DNA of 64,000 nt from Shigella phage Sf13. The position numbers and the translations under genes were made by a program. The notes beneath the pieces are model-generated. The model was not told the DNA's origin and searched no databases. It saw only the letters and a program-made list of their open reading frames with translations. The stretch is taken from sequence record MF158040; one strand, given 5' to 3'. Shown piece after piece: positions 16,541-25,684 of the stretch (position 1 is its first letter; each line of letters begins with the position of its first letter).

Positions 16541-17662
16541 TTAAACTTCACGTTTACGCTGAGAAATCAGTTCACCAGCAGTACCTACAACTACGTGGAG
16601 TGCTTCTGAACCATCCCACTCTTTGATGACTTCACGGCGACTATTTACAATCGCTGCAACTTCATAGCGGGAAGCTCGCATTTTCATGTCGTTGTAGTCA
16701 GTTGGTACTGAAACAACATCACGAGGATGAACACGAACTTTCAGGATAGTGTCACCAGAGAAGCTAGTTACATAATCCCAAGCACCAACGTGCAGACCCT
16801 GAGAGCAGGTTACATGACGGTTATTATCAACCATCCAACGTGGCATCTCTACAATGTTACCCAAATCATTTGGAACTTTGCAGGTACGAGAGTCAAACAG
16901 TTTACCACCACGAGTTGTGACTTTCTTCCAGCCGATGATATAACCTTCTTCATCAATTTCAACATCAAGGTGTGATACAAAGCCCCAAAGTTGTTCTACA
17001 GAATCTTTTGATGGGTTTTCCATCAGTTTTTCGAAGAATGCAATCAGTCGAACAAAACCATTATCACCTTTCTTCATCATATCCAGAATACGGTCTACCA
17101 GAGTTGAGCGCATCTGAACAGCACCGTAATACAGGTTGTCACCTTTGATGGTTACAGCACCTTGAGTGAAGTTCTCAATAGACTTGCGAATGTTCATCAG
17201 TTCAAAAGCTTTCTTGTACTCACCTGAAACAACAGCCATTACAATATCAGTGTAGTTAGGATGAGTTGACTCAACAATCTCAGACTCTGCACCGAAAGTC
17301 ATGATAACAGAATCACCAGTAATCATGTACTCAATCTGGCTGTTATTCTGCATTGCTTCATGCAGAGCATTTACAGGTTCTGCTTTGACTGCTTCTTTAA
17401 CAGCTTTTGCAACAGGTTTCTGCTTAGATACCTTCTTAGTCGCTTTAGCTTTCTTAGCACTCTTTGCAATATCTTTCAGAGTCTTTGCAGGTTTTGCTTT
17501 GGTTTTCCCTGACAGCAGTGTTGCTTCATGACGCTCTACAGCACGACCTACCGAACGGGTTGAAGTGTTATACTTCAGAGCAATTGCAGTTTTGGTAAGT
17601 TTACCTTCTTTAACCAGTGCATAGATTTCTGCGTCGATTTGTGCTTTAGTCTTAGTAGTCAT
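16541..17662 (-). CDS. rIIB: rIIB-like protein
   Basis: 373 aa directly downstream of the rIIA-like gene; N-terminal pattern (DAEIYALVKEGKLTKTAIALKYNTSTRSVGRAVER) resembles the T4 rIIB N-terminus as I recall it. Confidence 0.5.
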   Translation of the reverse strand: MTTKTKAQIDAEIYALVKEGKLTKTAIALKYNTSTRSVGRAVERHEATLLSGKTKAKPAKTLKDIAKSAKKAKATKKVSKQKPVAKAVKEAVKAEPVNALHEAMQNNSQIEYMITGDSVIMTFGAESEIVESTHPNYTDIVMAVVSGEYKKAFELMNIRKSIENFTQGAVTIKGDNLYYGAVQMRSTLVDRILDMMKKGDNGFVRLIAFFEKLMENPSKDSVEQLWGFVSHLDVEIDEEGYIIGWKKVTTRGGKLFDSRTCKVPNDLGNIVEMPRWMVDNNRHVTCSQGLHVGAWDYVTSFSGDTILKVRVHPRDVVSVPTDYNDMKMRASRYEVAAIVNSRREVIKEWDGSEALHVVVGTAGELISQRKREV

Positions 17663-17741
17663 TTCAATATCTCTCTTTGTTGTTTAAAATTACTTAGTGG
17701 TTCGTATTCTAAGGGGCTTTTCAGCCCCTGTCAAACTATTT

Positions 17742-20114
17742 TTAATCCCAGCATACAGTGTCTTCTGGAATGCTCTTAGTATCAAAACCTAAGAACTTAC
17801 CAACTTCGACGGGTGATACTTTATTCCAATCCAGATTAGAAAGCAAGAAGTTTTCTTTACGGCGTTTCTCAAAGTAATCTTTGAACTTACTTTCAAGACG
17901 CTTCTTAGCGTTATCCAGAACCTTTCTTGGCTTACAAGAACCTCTCATATTCCTACGAATGGTATCAAGAGTGCTGGTAATATCTTTGTAAGCAACTGGT
18001 GCAGCAGTATATGCCAAGCGTCCAAACATTGCTTCTATAGCCTCTTCATTCCCCTCTAAGAAAATAGTCTTCTTAAAATCTTTACTGTAAATGTGGCCTC
18101 TGGACTTACGCTTATCAGCAAACATAAAGTTTCGAGAAATCACATTACAATCAGTGATATCATGATTATTAGTCATATATTGGTGAGTCAAGTAACGGTG
18201 ATACTCAATCCAATGAGTATTATCAATAAAATCTTTCATCACTTGTTCATTGACTTCTGTCCAGTCTTCAGGAATCTTTTTCCAGTTGGCTTTACGGAAG
18301 ACATAAACTGACTGTCCAGTTAACTCTGTCATCAACGTTGCAGCACGTTCTGGTGAACATGAGAAGATTCCACCAATCACTTCATCACTCTGTGCTTTGA
18401 TATACAGTTGTGGTTCTTCAATCTCATCAAAGTTCTCTTTAACCTCTGTATAGCGAATCATGTCAGTATTTGGACATATAAATGCTTTATACAGTTTTAC
18501 AACACCACGTACAATAGTACGTTTTTCATAGTGGTGCTCTTTAGATGACATTGTATGCACACTTAACAGACTCTTGTCAAGCATATGCAAATCTACAAAC
18601 TCATCAAATTGCTGCTGACTGCTGAACAAGAAAGCGATACCATTGTAGCGACGGAAGTTAGAGTCTTCCTGTTCACGGTCACGGCAAGCTCCACGGATAA
18701 TCTGGTTTTTACCAGTTGTCTTCTCAGACCCGTTCTTGTTTCGACGGTCATTAATAAGGAACAAATAGTTGCTCAACTTATCTTTACTCATTGCACCAAA
18801 GATACTAAACATTGCTGCATCTTGTGAATAAGTTGCTGAAGTTGCTCGAATACGATTCTCCAGACTGCTGTACTTGTAGTATGCTACAGGTTCATACAGA
18901 TTACCAATATTAGGAACTGGATTACCATCTTTGTCAAGCCGCAAGTTACCTGCATCATCTTTCAAGAATGACGGAGAACCATCTGCTTCAGTTAACTGAC
19001 CACGACGGATACCTAACAGTTTTTGTTCAAGTTTTTTCAAGTTCTGGCCTTGCCATTCCAGAGAATCTTGGACGTGAATAAAGATTTCACGAGCCTCCTT
19101 CCTCATGGTATCATAGGCTTGAGCAGCATCAATCAGAGTTGGCTTGTTAGCAATCTCTTTTACCACATCTTCTACGATTGTCTTAGTGATTTTCTTCACA
19201 GCTTCAACAATCTTGGTCTTAGTGGTCTCATTCATCTGCAATGCTTCACGAGATGCAGCAATAGCCACTGAACCAATTGGCATGTAGATGTTAACAAGGT
19301 CTACAGCACTACGGAAGAACTGAGGCAGAATGCTTGTAAACTCTGAACCAAGCAACTCACCCATTTCAACAGGATAAGCAATATTACCCATGATTACATT
19401 GAAATGGACACTGTTACTATTTGAACGCCAGTTCTCTTTGTACTTCATTGCATCATAGACACCATCTTCACGAGAAATGGAAGTCATTGCTTCAAGAATG
19501 TCATAGTACTCAACATTACACTCTGGCTTAACTTTAAAGTACGAGTATACATTGCTCGCTTCTTCATGAAACTTGTTGATACGGTTATCGGATACCGCTA
19601 CTCGAACAGCTAAACCATTTGGCTCTGTAGTTGGGTTAGTAGTCAACTTAGTTACTTGAGGGATACCATTCTCAAGGTAAACTGAGTATTTGTTAACTAC
19701 ACCATCAACATAGCTTGATACAGTGAATGACTGAGCAATTGCAAATGGTGACTTTGAACCGATACCCATAGCACCAATGTAGTCATTTGAATCGTTTTTT
19801 GTAGATTCTCCATAGGTCATGTAAAGTTTCATAACTTTATCATGAGTCAGCCCTGTACCAAAGTCACGAACTTCAAAGAATGGCTCGAAACGAGTTGGTA
19901 AGTGAACCAAGAAAGGTTTATCAACGTTACCAGAATCAATGTGAGCATCTACTGCGTTACATGACAATTCACGAATTACAGCACGTTCTTTATATGTGTA
20001 AACACCTGAGCTTAGAAGACTGAACATTTCAGGTGTCATCTTAATCTGAGCCTGAGAGGTTTCCAGTGTACTTGAGCTTTTAATTACCGTTGCGTGGTCA
20101 TTTACCATGCGCAT
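17742..20114 (-). CDS. rIIA: rIIA-like protein (GHKL ATPase domain)
   Basis: 790 aa; N-terminal GHKL motifs (ELSCNAVDAH, VRDFGTGL, GAMGIGSKS); AAGGAGA Shine-Dalgarno; T4 rIIA-like size and gene order. Confidence 0.55.
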   Translation of the reverse strand: MRMVNDHATVIKSSSTLETSQAQIKMTPEMFSLLSSGVYTYKERAVIRELSCNAVDAHIDSGNVDKPFLVHLPTRFEPFFEVRDFGTGLTHDKVMKLYMTYGESTKNDSNDYIGAMGIGSKSPFAIAQSFTVSSYVDGVVNKYSVYLENGIPQVTKLTTNPTTEPNGLAVRVAVSDNRINKFHEEASNVYSYFKVKPECNVEYYDILEAMTSISREDGVYDAMKYKENWRSNSNSVHFNVIMGNIAYPVEMGELLGSEFTSILPQFFRSAVDLVNIYMPIGSVAIAASREALQMNETTKTKIVEAVKKITKTIVEDVVKEIANKPTLIDAAQAYDTMRKEAREIFIHVQDSLEWQGQNLKKLEQKLLGIRRGQLTEADGSPSFLKDDAGNLRLDKDGNPVPNIGNLYEPVAYYKYSSLENRIRATSATYSQDAAMFSIFGAMSKDKLSNYLFLINDRRNKNGSEKTTGKNQIIRGACRDREQEDSNFRRYNGIAFLFSSQQQFDEFVDLHMLDKSLLSVHTMSSKEHHYEKRTIVRGVVKLYKAFICPNTDMIRYTEVKENFDEIEEPQLYIKAQSDEVIGGIFSCSPERAATLMTELTGQSVYVFRKANWKKIPEDWTEVNEQVMKDFIDNTHWIEYHRYLTHQYMTNNHDITDCNVISRNFMFADKRKSRGHIYSKDFKKTIFLEGNEEAIEAMFGRLAYTAAPVAYKDITSTLDTIRRNMRGSCKPRKVLDNAKKRLESKFKDYFEKRRKENFLLSNLDWNKVSPVEVGKFLGFDTKSIPEDTVCWD

Positions 20115-20140
20115 AAGAATATCTCCTTAGTTGTCGATGT

Positions 20141-20176
20141 GGCAAACTATATAATTTTATAGATGCCACTGTCAAG
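20141..20176 (-). promoter_or_regulatory. putative sigma70-like promoter for rIIA
   Basis: Minus sense TTGACA-N16/17-TATAAAAT/TATATAG directly after the upstream stop; flanked by imperfect inverted repeat GTGGCA...TGCCAC. Confidence 0.4.
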
Positions 20177-20356
20177 TTACTTTTTAAATTTCTTTCCAGT
20201 TCCATTACAGTAAGGGCAACAATGACCTATACCAACTACCCCAGAACCTTCACACTCATCACAAGGTTCGGTCTCTGAGAAGTACTTGCATAGTAACACT
20301 GCAAAAGCAACTATACAACCGAGTGAAAGAACAATTTCTAACCAATAACCTTGCAT
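20177..20356 (-). CDS. small membrane-anchored zinc-ribbon protein (59 aa, below ORF-track cutoff)
   Basis: Read by eye: MQGYWLEIVLSLGCIVAFAVLLCKYFSETEPCDECEGSGVVGIGHCCPYCNGTGKKFKK; coordinates +/-1. Confidence 0.3.
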   Translation of the reverse strand: MQGYWLEIVLSLGCIVAFAVLLCKYFSETEPCDECEGSGVVGIGHCCPYCNGTGKKFKK

Positions 20357-20673
20357 ACCTTATCTCCTATAGTTCTGAATAGGACAAAACTCCTGTCATG
20401 GACAATACTCGAAGATACTGCAAAACTATTCTCAAGTATCTTTTTGTTTGGATTGTAAAATTCTTCTTGAAACAAATCAAGAGCTTCTTGATGGTTCTGT
20501 GGAAGACCTTTGATATAAACCTTCAAAGTAACCGTTGTATAAATCTCAGAAGCTAACTCTGATTGTGCTGCTTGAAACAGTTCATTGATAAACTTATGAC
20601 CATCTTCATGGCGCTTGATGTTTTCCCAACGCTCTTCAATGATTAAATTAACATTCATCTGTTTAATTTTCAT
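20338..20673 (-). CDS. hypothetical protein
   Basis: ORF track first codon appears to be GTG; in-frame ATG at 20673 (MKIKQM...) has GGAGA 5 nt upstream. Confidence 0.45.
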   Translation of the reverse strand: MKIKQMNVNLIIEERWENIKRHEDGHKFINELFQAAQSELASEIYTTVTLKVYIKGLPQNHQEALDLFQEEFYNPNKKILENSFAVSSSIVHDRSFVLFRTIGDKVCKVIG

Positions 20674-20690
20674 AGTAATCTCCACAAATT

Positions 20691-20711
20691 AAAAAGGCTC
20701 CCGTAGGAGCC
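20691..20711 (-). terminator. rho-independent terminator
   Basis: GGCTCC-TACG-GGAGCC then TTTTT on the minus strand, after the NAMPT-like stop. Confidence 0.55.
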
Positions 20712-20726
20712 TCTTATCATACTGTT

Positions 20727-22544
20727 TTAAAGTTGCTTGTCAATAGTATTTCGAACATCACGCAGGTTAATGTAACCATAAGGTTGCGAGTTGCTAAATA
20801 CCAGTTTCAAAGCACTATGACAATTGTCAATTGCACCTTCAAACTCTGCAAAGCCAAAACCATCTACAGCTACCAGCTTGTCACCATCCCACATAGGGAC
20901 AACTCCACCAAAAGCAGACTTCTTAAGACCGCTGTCAGTTTTAGGGTCTTTAGCCAGCATAATTTCTTGACCATCCATCTGTGCAAGAGTTGCTTTAACA
21001 GCAAATGCAAAGGTGTCACGAGTCAGGTACTGATAGGTGTATGAGCCTACACCAAACACTACGTTAGAACTTGCAAAACCTTTATCAGCAAGACGTGACA
21101 GAATCTCATTAGCCCTTTCCAGAGTGATAGAATCACCGTAGATTAGTCCAATGTGCTCATCCAGTACTTTGTACCCTTTGGAGTTAATAGTGCCACCAAA
21201 GATGTTATACAGCGTGTGGATAGCTCCGTCAATTTCTGCTGTCAGCATACGCTTCACAGTAAACTGTCCAGTTTTCTGAGCGGTAATCAGGTTGATTGTA
21301 TCAGCAGATTCAAAATCTTCTTTATCAACAACCATCTCATAACCTTCAGAGATTAGCCAAGCAGAGAACCCAAAGCCAATATCAGACATTTCACAATTCA
21401 AGATTGTGTCATGCAGATGTGTATTGTTCGGTGCAAGCTCTTTCATGTGCTTATAGAACATTGACTTAGCAGTTTCCCATTCAATGGCTTTGTAACCTGT
21501 GACAATGTGAACAGGGTCTCCAGAGTCTGGACGGATTACCAACTTACCATCACGATTCAGGATTACATTACGTAGCTCTGGCAGAATCTGTGTAACAGTA
21601 CGCCAGAAGTTGTAAGTATCTGATACGGCACTTGCAATACCAGTTGGGTAAACTTCTGTCAGAAGGCGATGGAAAGTTTCTACCTCACCACGCCAACGCA
21701 TTGCATCAAGTAAGTTGTCAGAATGCGATAGATGCCAATCACTTACCTCTTTGTTAAGACTGTTCCATGAGATGTTTGCACACATCACAGAGTGCTCAGT
21801 AGCTGGGACAGAGTTACCAATCTCACCTACATTCATAAACTGACCATATGCACGTTTAGCTGTATATACAGCAGGGAAGCTGTCAGTACCTTTAAAACTT
21901 GTCAGGTGACCTACTGCGTTAAACGCATCATCTGTGAAGCCAGACATACCACGCATTGCAAAGTCATGACACTGCCAAGGTAAATGGAAGTCGTTGTCAC
22001 AGGTCTTGTCAGCCCATTGCTTACAAATACGTTTGTAGTGCAGTGCAATTGTTGCAATCGTACAAGCTTTCCAGATTTCAGCAGAGAAAGCATCTTCAAG
22101 GTAACCAGCTACCCAATGGAATCCCTCTACAGTGTTTTTGAATACAATCATCGGGACACGCATAGGGACAATTGTACCTTCCTCTACAGAGTAGACTTCA
22201 ACAGGTAGGTAGCCCAAGTCATGAAGTTCTTCCCAATGTTGACGACCAATAGCATCTGCACCGAGAACACCATTCATGATTTCCAAGATTTCGTCAATGG
22301 CTTCTTTCTTATCACGTTCAAAGAACGTTGCATTCCAGTGGTCTACCAGATAGTCTTTTACAAAACGCTGAATACCAAAGGCTACAACACCATCAATCTC
22401 TAACGGAGAGTTAAACCATTTGTCTCCACGAGGTGTTAAGTTCAGCATAAGATACTGTGTAGCATCTGGATACTGGTAGAAATGGCCAGATTTGTAGGCA
22501 TCTGCATTAAGTGCTGCTGGTACTGCATAAAGTGATTTAGTCAT
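20727..22544 (-). CDS. nadV: nicotinamide phosphoribosyltransferase-family protein (NAMPT/NadV-like)
   Basis: 605 aa; NAMPT-like motifs AYKSGHFYQYP, RPDSGDP, GLIYGDSIT; longer than typical (about 470-500 aa) NAMPT. Confidence 0.7.
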   Translation of the reverse strand: MTKSLYAVPAALNADAYKSGHFYQYPDATQYLMLNLTPRGDKWFNSPLEIDGVVAFGIQRFVKDYLVDHWNATFFERDKKEAIDEILEIMNGVLGADAIGRQHWEELHDLGYLPVEVYSVEEGTIVPMRVPMIVFKNTVEGFHWVAGYLEDAFSAEIWKACTIATIALHYKRICKQWADKTCDNDFHLPWQCHDFAMRGMSGFTDDAFNAVGHLTSFKGTDSFPAVYTAKRAYGQFMNVGEIGNSVPATEHSVMCANISWNSLNKEVSDWHLSHSDNLLDAMRWRGEVETFHRLLTEVYPTGIASAVSDTYNFWRTVTQILPELRNVILNRDGKLVIRPDSGDPVHIVTGYKAIEWETAKSMFYKHMKELAPNNTHLHDTILNCEMSDIGFGFSAWLISEGYEMVVDKEDFESADTINLITAQKTGQFTVKRMLTAEIDGAIHTLYNIFGGTINSKGYKVLDEHIGLIYGDSITLERANEILSRLADKGFASSNVVFGVGSYTYQYLTRDTFAFAVKATLAQMDGQEIMLAKDPKTDSGLKKSAFGGVVPMWDGDKLVAVDGFGFAEFEGAIDNCHSALKLVFSNSQPYGYINLRDVRNTIDKQL

Positions 22545-22588
22545 CTTTTTATCTCTCTCAAAGTGGGGCTTTTCAGCCCCTAAAGTTG

Positions 22589-23470
22589 TTATTCAATATT
22601 TGCTACTGTCACTTGTGAGAAGTGGGAAAGACCACGGTCTTTTTCATCCCCTAGTGAGTCTGTAGTGTAGATATGGTCGATGCCATTGTCAAGAAGATTT
22701 TCAACACCTTTAGAGAAAATCCCATGAGTAACATAAAGCTCTACACGTTCTGCTCCAGCTTCACGAAGATACTTTGCAGCCTCGATAAAGGTTCGACCAC
22801 CATCACAGATATCATCCAGAATCATAACAGTCTTACCTGTTAAGTCTACATCATCAAGGATTCGCATACCAGTGATTTCACCAGTTTTCAGGTTTCGTAC
22901 CTTTGCCATTGTGATATAAGGTTTCTCAACCTCTTTAGCAGCCTCTTCAGTCTTCTTAGCTGCACCTGCATCTGGAGCCACTAAGTAATCAATGCGTGGG
23001 TCACTTGCAAAGTGGACTGCTGCCTCTTTTTGAGGGATGTTGTAGAAGCACTTAAACAAGTTCTCTGCTACATTACTGTGAGTATCCAGAGCACATACTG
23101 CATCAAACCCCATAGCATTTACAAGATTTGCAAAGACTTTAAGTGCTGCTGAATCGCCTTTAAACATGTGACGGTCATAGCGAGCATTTGGTAAGAATCC
23201 AAAAAGAACAGTTTTCATGGTTGCTTTCTGAGGAATCAAACGGTCAATAGCCTCTTTAGCCATAGCCAATGCAAAGAGTGTGTCTTTGTCATAACCTTGT
23301 ACAGTGAATATTACGTTTTCAATCTTACCAGCAGCATGTTCAGCAAAGTCTACTAAGTCTTCTGAGAAGTTACCACCAATCTCCCCAGAAGGGAACTGGA
23401 TAATGTTGAAGGTCTCTTGATGAGAACCTTTGGAATTTGAATTAAGTAGAACTCGAATAGTAGTTTTCAT
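22589..23470 (-). CDS. ribose-phosphate pyrophosphokinase-family protein (PRS-like)
   Basis: PRPP-binding motif MILDDICDGGRTF, typical PRS size; ORF track starts at a TTG (23488), in-frame ATG at 23470 used. Confidence 0.65.
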   Translation of the reverse strand: MKTTIRVLLNSNSKGSHQETFNIIQFPSGEIGGNFSEDLVDFAEHAAGKIENVIFTVQGYDKDTLFALAMAKEAIDRLIPQKATMKTVLFGFLPNARYDRHMFKGDSAALKVFANLVNAMGFDAVCALDTHSNVAENLFKCFYNIPQKEAAVHFASDPRIDYLVAPDAGAAKKTEEAAKEVEKPYITMAKVRNLKTGEITGMRILDDVDLTGKTVMILDDICDGGRTFIEAAKYLREAGAERVELYVTHGIFSKGVENLLDNGIDHIYTTDSLGDEKDRGLSHFSQVTVANIE

Positions 23471-23480
23471 AATATCTCTC

Positions 23481-23774
23481 TCAGTCAAAAGTTACAAATG
23501 TTACAGCCATAGCTGATTTACATTTCTTTGGGTCTACAATGTGGTAGATAACTGAACAGTTTCCTGTTCCGTCTGGTACTGGTTTTGTCCAAGTACGTTC
23601 AATATTTGGCTCTCCAAACTCTTTATAGAATCCGTTGGAGTAGTGGTCTATCATCTCAATAGCAAGTGCATCTGGGACGTGACCACGTATCATATACATC
23701 TCACTACCATTTCCAGCTTCGCTAATAAGCTCTTTGATATCCCATTGTTCTCTAGCCATGATAAGTTGCCTCAT
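23481..23774 (-). CDS. hypothetical protein
   Basis: ORF track begins with TTG; first in-frame ATG at 23774 (alternative 23759). Start uncertain. Confidence 0.35.
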   Translation of the reverse strand: MRQLIMAREQWDIKELISEAGNGSEMYMIRGHVPDALAIEMIDHYSNGFYKEFGEPNIERTWTKPVPDGTGNCSVIYHIVDPKKCKSAMAVTFVTFD

Positions 23775-24267
23775 AAACTGTCTCAAGCTTCAACAAGAGA
23801 GATATTGCCAGAAATGCGTATTCCCTGTCAAGCATTGGTGGCATATTATTTATAAGATATGCTTCCTGTTCTTCCCAAGTCATCTTAGGAGCTTCTGGAA
23901 GCTTCTCTCCTTGCTTCTGGTTATCTTCTTGAGTCTGGATAAACCAGTTCGAGCAATGGTGCTCTCCACCTTTTGTCACGGGCTTATGGTGGCCTAACGT
24001 GAAAGCTTTCTTTCCAGAATATCTACAAAGCTTATTAAGGGTTGCAATAGTATTCTTGACAACACAGTATTCATAGAGGTTGTCAATAGTGTAATGAGGG
24101 TAGTACTGGAACAAGGCACTATCACGGAACTTACCACGGTTCCAAAGCACCATGTGATTAGAATTTGAAGGGTCATACTGATGTGACTCGATGAACTCTT
24201 GACGCTCATCAAAATCAAGACGAAGAACAGACATTGCAGCAGCACGTTTCAGATTTGAATGGTACAT
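23752..24267 (-). CDS. HNH endonuclease (putative homing endonuclease)
   Basis: HNH signature FTLGHHKPVTKGGEHHCSNWFIQTQEDN; ATG start with GGAGAAATC Shine-Dalgarno. Confidence 0.55.
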   Translation of the reverse strand: MYHSNLKRAAAMSVLRLDFDERQEFIESHQYDPSNSNHMVLWNRGKFRDSALFQYYPHYTIDNLYEYCVVKNTIATLNKLCRYSGKKAFTLGHHKPVTKGGEHHCSNWFIQTQEDNQKQGEKLPEAPKMTWEEQEAYLINNMPPMLDREYAFLAISLLLKLETVYEATYHG

Positions 24268-24281
24268 GATTTCTCCAAAAT

Positions 24282-24306
24282 AAAAAGGGAACCTTTTACA
24301 GTTCCC
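24282..24306 (-). terminator. rho-independent terminator
   Basis: GGGAAC-loop-GTTCCC then TTTTTATTTT on the minus strand, after the 24320..24631 stop. Confidence 0.5.
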
Positions 24307-24319
24307 TAATCATATACGC

Positions 24320-24631
24320 TTACTGAGCTATTTTCAAGACTTTTAAGAAACCTTCCTCGCCAATTGCATCATAAACGTTTTCAGTTGGCTTGATAAGGTT
24401 GTTCAAGCATACAATCTTCTTACGCTTCTTGTCATAAGTAAGCTTCAGTTGTTTCAACTCTTTGTTATCTTCAGGGTGCTCATTGTACATCTTCACAGCT
24501 TCTTTGAAGCTAATGTAGCCACCACCTAAAGTAAGGAAACCTGTACCACAATAGTGGGAGTTGTGTTTATCAGCCATAAACTGGCACAGGATAGAAATCT
24601 GAATTTTACGAGTGTTATAAATCTTTTCCAT
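24320..24631 (-). CDS. hypothetical protein
   Basis: 103 aa ORF; ATG start. Confidence 0.5.
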   Translation of the reverse strand: MEKIYNTRKIQISILCQFMADKHNSHYCGTGFLTLGGGYISFKEAVKMYNEHPEDNKELKQLKLTYDKKRKKIVCLNNLIKPTENVYDAIGEEGFLKVLKIAQ

Positions 24632-24642
24632 TTTAATAATCC

Positions 24643-24900
24643 TTACTTACTACGTTTACGGTTGCGAGCTTTTTTAGCTGCACGTTTAATTGCTGCTGCA
24701 CCAGTTTGGCGATGAGCTTGCTTCTTACCACCTTTACCACGTCCAACATGGATGTAAGGTTGCTGTTCAATCTGGCTTGCAAGAACCTGTGCAACTGCTG
24801 AAGCGTCTACTCCAACCTGCTTACCAGTCATTGAAACGATAGCTGCTGCTTTTGCTAGAGCTGCTAAGAAACCTGCTTTCATGTTTGAAAAAATTCCCAT
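24643..24900 (-). CDS. small protein with hydrophobic N-terminus and highly basic C-terminus
   Basis: 85 aa; Ala-rich amphipathic N-terminal half, C-terminal KRAAKKARNRKRSK. Confidence 0.5.
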   Translation of the reverse strand: MGIFSNMKAGFLAALAKAAAIVSMTGKQVGVDASAVAQVLASQIEQQPYIHVGRGKGGKKQAHRQTGAAAIKRAAKKARNRKRSK

Positions 24901-24915
24901 TTTAATATCTCTCTT

Positions 24916-25173
24916 TTAAAGTTTAATACAGAACTGTTTTAGTTCTTCTTCTGTTACGGAAATTACTTTGTCATCTTCAACAATATTTGTTGCGTAGAAG
25001 TTTGACATGTGTGACTTATATTTTACTCTGAAAACTTCAACTTCTGCAAGCTTTTTTAAAGCGTCTAGTCCGGTTGTATCAAAAAGACTCTTTGTGTACT
25101 TCTGCCAATCTTCAAGAGTGTTAGGGTTAACCTTATACTCTCCAAACAGTGAGCTATTGCAATAGATGGTCAT
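24916..25173 (-). CDS. hypothetical protein
   Basis: ORF track 24916..25314 would overlap nrdG by 116 nt; in-frame ATG at 25173 has a GAGGTGA Shine-Dalgarno 5 nt upstream. Start uncertain. Confidence 0.4.
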   Translation of the reverse strand: MTIYCNSSLFGEYKVNPNTLEDWQKYTKSLFDTTGLDALKKLAEVEVFRVKYKSHMSNFYATNIVEDDKVISVTEEELKQFCIKL

Positions 25174-25198
25174 AATCTCACCTCTTTGAAAACCCGCT

Positions 25199-25684
25199 CT
25201 ATTCTGCTCTCCATTGACAGTCGCCTTGCCAGCCATATTCTTTTCTCCAAAGTATTTGATTGTCAGACCCACGATACGGTTTGTGTGTCGGTTTAGAAGC
25301 ATCATACTTACCATCTATTACCACGTCAACATATTTCATCACTTCTAAGTTAATTTTTTCATGTAGTTGGTAACCTGTCCATAACCAGATAGACTTGTCT
25401 GGGTATACGGTTTTAATCCGCTTACAGATATTTGTTACTGTCTGAACATTCCTATCATCAAGTGGTTCTCCACCAAGGATAGATAGACCACTGATTCCAT
25501 CATCATTCATTATCTGCATAATGCCATAAAGGTTTGCATAAGTAAACTCTTTACCAGCATTAAACTTCCAAGATTCCTTGTTAAAACAACCTTCACAGTG
25601 ATGTTTGCAGCCAGCTACAAAAAGACTGACACGAGCACCTTCACCGTTCGCTGTATCGAATTTTCGTATTTCCATGTAGTTCAT
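25199..25684 (-). CDS. nrdG: anaerobic ribonucleotide reductase activating protein
   Basis: Radical-SAM cysteine cluster (VAGCKHHCEGCFNK); N-terminus MNYMEI... resembles E. coli NrdG MNYHQY...; ORF-track first codon is GTG, ATG at 25684 used (1 nt overlap with upstream stop). Confidence 0.7.
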   Translation of the reverse strand: MNYMEIRKFDTANGEGARVSLFVAGCKHHCEGCFNKESWKFNAGKEFTYANLYGIMQIMNDDGISGLSILGGEPLDDRNVQTVTNICKRIKTVYPDKSIWLWTGYQLHEKINLEVMKYVDVVIDGKYDASKPTHKPYRGSDNQILWRKEYGWQGDCQWRAE

